A stretch of DNA of 63,963 nt, the filler included, from Vicugna vicugna (lineage: Eukaryota), in NCBI GenBank assembly GCA_013265495.1. It is 80 parts of 79 records of this genome, joined end to end, with 100 filler letters (N's around TTAATTAATTAA, not from the genome) between each part and the next. Parts side by side here need not be neighbours in the genome. Positions count along the whole stretch, not along the records: positions 60,933 to 61,715 come from PNXW01024320.1; positions 61,816 to 62,586 come from PNXW01024321.1; positions 62,687 to 63,117 come from PNXW01024322.1; positions 63,218 to 63,963 come from MU062431.1; 76 more parts are not named here. One strand, 5' to 3'. Shown piece by piece: positions 60,833 to 63,963 of the stretch (the first letter of the stretch is position 1; each line of letters starts with the position of its first letter). A program made the translations under genes and the position numbers. Under the pieces are notes generated by a model. That model was not told the DNA's origin. It was given only the letters and a program-made list of their open reading frames with translations, and searched no databases.

Positions 60833-63217
60833 NNNNNNNNNNNNNNNNNNNNNNNNNNNNNNNNNNNNNNNNNNNNTTAATTAATTAANNNNNNNNNNNN
60901 NNNNNNNNNNNNNNNNNNNNNNNNNNNNNNNNTTTGAGCCACTTAGCATAAGGGAAACAAAATCACGTGGATCCAAAACTCTTGAGCATATGGATATTGT
61001 GGGTGGGAGGGTTTCATCATAAAAGTGTTGAGAAAAGACCTCTTCGTTTCCCTTGACTTTTCCATTAAGGATGGGGAGCAGAAGCAAAAACCCCCTGCTT
61101 CAGAGTTGAATGTGCTGTTTTGTGCAAAATTGACCAAAGTTTGGAGACCAGTCATCAGCGTTGCTGGCAAATGAAGAGGCTTCTGTATTGGGTGGGGCAC
61201 TTTCTGTGACTTGCAGGTGACCTGCTGGCTGGGGGCTGTGAGGCGGGCAGTAGGTTTGCAGGGTGGCCCGGGCAGCAGGGTGGCCATAATCCCTGGCTCT
61301 GAGGCTGTCGTTCTGATTAGCATACCTGGGCACACGCAGACCTAATGGGGAACCTCGGGATGTGGCCTGGGACACCTTCCGTGCTGAGGGCGAGAAGAGT
61401 GCTCCCCTGAGGGGGTGTCCCTGCGGAGAGTGGAAAGGTCCTCCTTCAGAGGAGGAAGAGCCTCTGAGCAGTTGGTCGGATGCACAGGGAAGACCAGCCT
61501 AAGCACTGAAGTTTCCGGGAGCCGGAAGTCATACAGTCGCCCAAACCACCTTGTTCCTGAGAGACTGGAGGTAAAAGATGCCGAAAAGGCAGGCTAAGGT
61601 CAGACACTGTGGTGGGTTATGAGTGACAGGAAAGGACTGTTCAGGCAGGCACGAGAGAACACTTTGGGCCTCCCAGCTGGGACGTCACGCCGAAGGGAAG
61701 AGCAGAGTTATAGACNNNNNNNNNNNNNNNNNNNNNNNNNNNNNNNNNNNNNNNNNNNNTTAATTAATTAANNNNNNNNNNNNNNNNNNNNNNNNNNNNN
61801 NNNNNNNNNNNNNNNGACAATTTCCCATTAATTTTAAATAAAAGGTGAATCATTTTCAGACTGCAAAGTGCCCTGGCATGCTGCAAAAATTGTAGGCAAG
61901 GTCAGGGAGCTTAAAACTTCTGCTTACAATCATGCAGCCAGTGTCAGCTGATAAGAGTGGAATGGCAATACTGAGTTCTGAAAATGTGTCACCAGTTTGG
62001 AAGAAAGTCTTTGATAATCTGGAGAATGACAAATGGGCCAGGGAAAGCTCTAGCAACATCCCATCAATATATATGACCTTTACCAAGAGAAGAAAAGAGC
62101 ACACTTGCAGCAGGAGATCTGTGTCTGGACAGCAGTGGTTTTTCCTACAACAGAAACATCAAGCTGTTAATATTGTCAGCTCAAATCAGATGGTGTCTAT
62201 GTTGTTGTTTATATTAGCAGTCTGGGGTTCAGATGGGCTGGTTCAGCAGCTATTTTCCAGCTCTCTTATCATTCAGTGGGTCTTACCGTGATCATTTTAA
62301 GAAGGTTCTATACTGATAATTCAAAAGCTAAAGTTTACTTTCAAACTTGAAATTCTGGGGAAAAATATTATTTCTTTGCCCATCTGTAGGTTCCTACCTG
62401 GTAAAAGCTAGACTATTGGCAAAAGTACAAAATTTGGCTGGTGTTTGAAAACTATACTCTGAGCTTTGCCCACTGAATTCTTCCCACTAAGTACTACGAA
62501 TCTGCCTACCACTGTGTGTGTGTGTGAATATGGATTGTTAACAGTAACTAAATTTGTCTTAGTTGAGTCATCAGTGAATTATTCCTNNNNNNNNNNNNNN
62601 NNNNNNNNNNNNNNNNNNNNNNNNNNNNNNTTAATTAATTAANNNNNNNNNNNNNNNNNNNNNNNNNNNNNNNNNNNNNNNNNNNNAGTGACAGAGTTTG
62701 GCTTAGCAGCTCAAGAACGATGCTTTGGCAATACAGCCACTCCACAGAGGTCAGGCGGCCAGTGCCCTCATTTCCTCCACTCAGTGTTTTATTTCTCTGC
62801 CCACACATTAGTACATTTTCAGAGTGCCCTTCTGAACTGTGAGAATGTAATCTTCCCTCAGTTCAGTTCTGAGTAGACTCAGCATGTTTAAGGGAGAGCG
62901 GGAGCTGTAGTTTGGCTGTGTGGGGATTTACACTGGGATCGTGGGATCCCCTCAGTACTACCAAGCCCTGGGTATCCCTCAGCCTGGCAGTCACTGAATG
63001 GAAGTGCTGTTTTTCAGAAATCTGCAGAATGAAGCCAGGAATAGGGAAGGGAAGGGAGGCATACGTGCTCAACCGTTTACCTGTCCCTGGCTTAGATGTC
63101 CCAGCACCTACCTGTCANNNNNNNNNNNNNNNNNNNNNNNNNNNNNNNNNNNNNNNNNNNNTTAATTAATTAANNNNNNNNNNNNNNNNNNNNNNNNNNN
63201 NNNNNNNNNNNNNNNNN

Positions 63218-63963
63218 TTCCCTGATGGTTTGCCTAGGCCAGTGTGTGGTTGAATGTGGGATATGGGTTCTAAAACTAGGTATTAGCCTGTGCCTCTCCA
63301 TGGGTAGTGGAGATGTTTAAACTACAACCCACAACTTGGGAATTACTGTGACCCCTGAAAAATGCGTGTGCTATGTTNNNNNNNNNNNNNNNNNNNNNNN
63401 NNNNNNNNNNNNNNNNNNNNNNNNNNNNNNNNNNNNNNNNNNNNNNNNNNNNNNNNNNNNNNNNNNNNNNNNNNNNNNNNNNNNNNNNNNNNNNNNNNNN
63501 NNNNNNNNNNNNNNNNNNNNNNNNNNNNNNNNNNNNNNNNNNNNNNNNNNNNNNNNNNNNNNNNNNNNNNNNNNNNNNNNNNNNNNNNNNNNNNNNNNNN
63601 NNNNNNNNNNNNNNNNNNNNNNNNNNNNNNNNNNNNNNNNNNNNNNNNNNNNNNNNNNNNNNNNNNNNNNNNNNNNNNNNNNNNNNNNNNNNNNNNNNNN
63701 NNNNNNNNNNNNNNNNNNNNNNNNNNNNNNNNNNNNNNNNNNNNNNNNNNNNNNNNNNNNNNNNNNNNNNNNNNNNNNNNNNNNNNNNNNNNNNNNNNNN
63801 NNNNNNNNNNNNNNNNNNNNNNNNNNNNNNNNNNNNNNNNNNNNNNNNNNNNNNNNNNGGAATAAATGCCTGAAAAATGCTTTGACTGTTTCCCTGCATC
63901 CAGCACACACACGATGACGTGTTCTGGTATCCTGAGTGTGGGGAAGTTCCTCAAACTGACAGC
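63218..63963 (+). repeat. Satellite S2b, gapped
   Basis: TTCCCTGATGGTTTGCCTAGGCC...GTTCTGGTATCCTGAGTGTGGGGA motifs. Confidence 0.92.

Noticed and set aside
543..63173. Regularly interspersed palindrome TTAATTAATTAA resembling a CRISPR-like or biological repeat
   Set aside because: Always embedded in N44 flanks with six-frame stops; it is a synthetic linker, the intervening pieces are 0.2-1.4 kb, and there are no cas genes
5154..63954. Long ORFs dominated by X
   Set aside because: Read-through of N gaps

Overview
This is not a contiguous locus. It is 80 short (0.2-1.4 kb, often gapped) mammalian scaffolds joined by 79 copies of an artificial 100-bp spacer (N44-TTAATTAATTAA-N44), so adjacency across spacers means nothing. 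About half of the pieces (38/80) are satellite DNA in five families. S1 is a degenerate 7-bp AGAATAT satellite. S2a (CpG-rich, homogeneous) and S2b (diverged) both have ~267-bp monomers and are homologous. S3a (~247-bp monomers in a ~742-bp A-B-C trimer) and S3b (~248-bp monomer) are also homologous. The rest is ordinary eutherian sequence: L1, L2, MIR, MaLR/ERV1/ERVL fragments, a CpG island and an intronless, disabled EMID1 retrocopy. The repeat content suggests a cetartiodactyl, possibly a camelid (inference). No intact gene, RNA gene, CRISPR array or prokaryotic system is supported. The most interesting signal is the satellite architecture.
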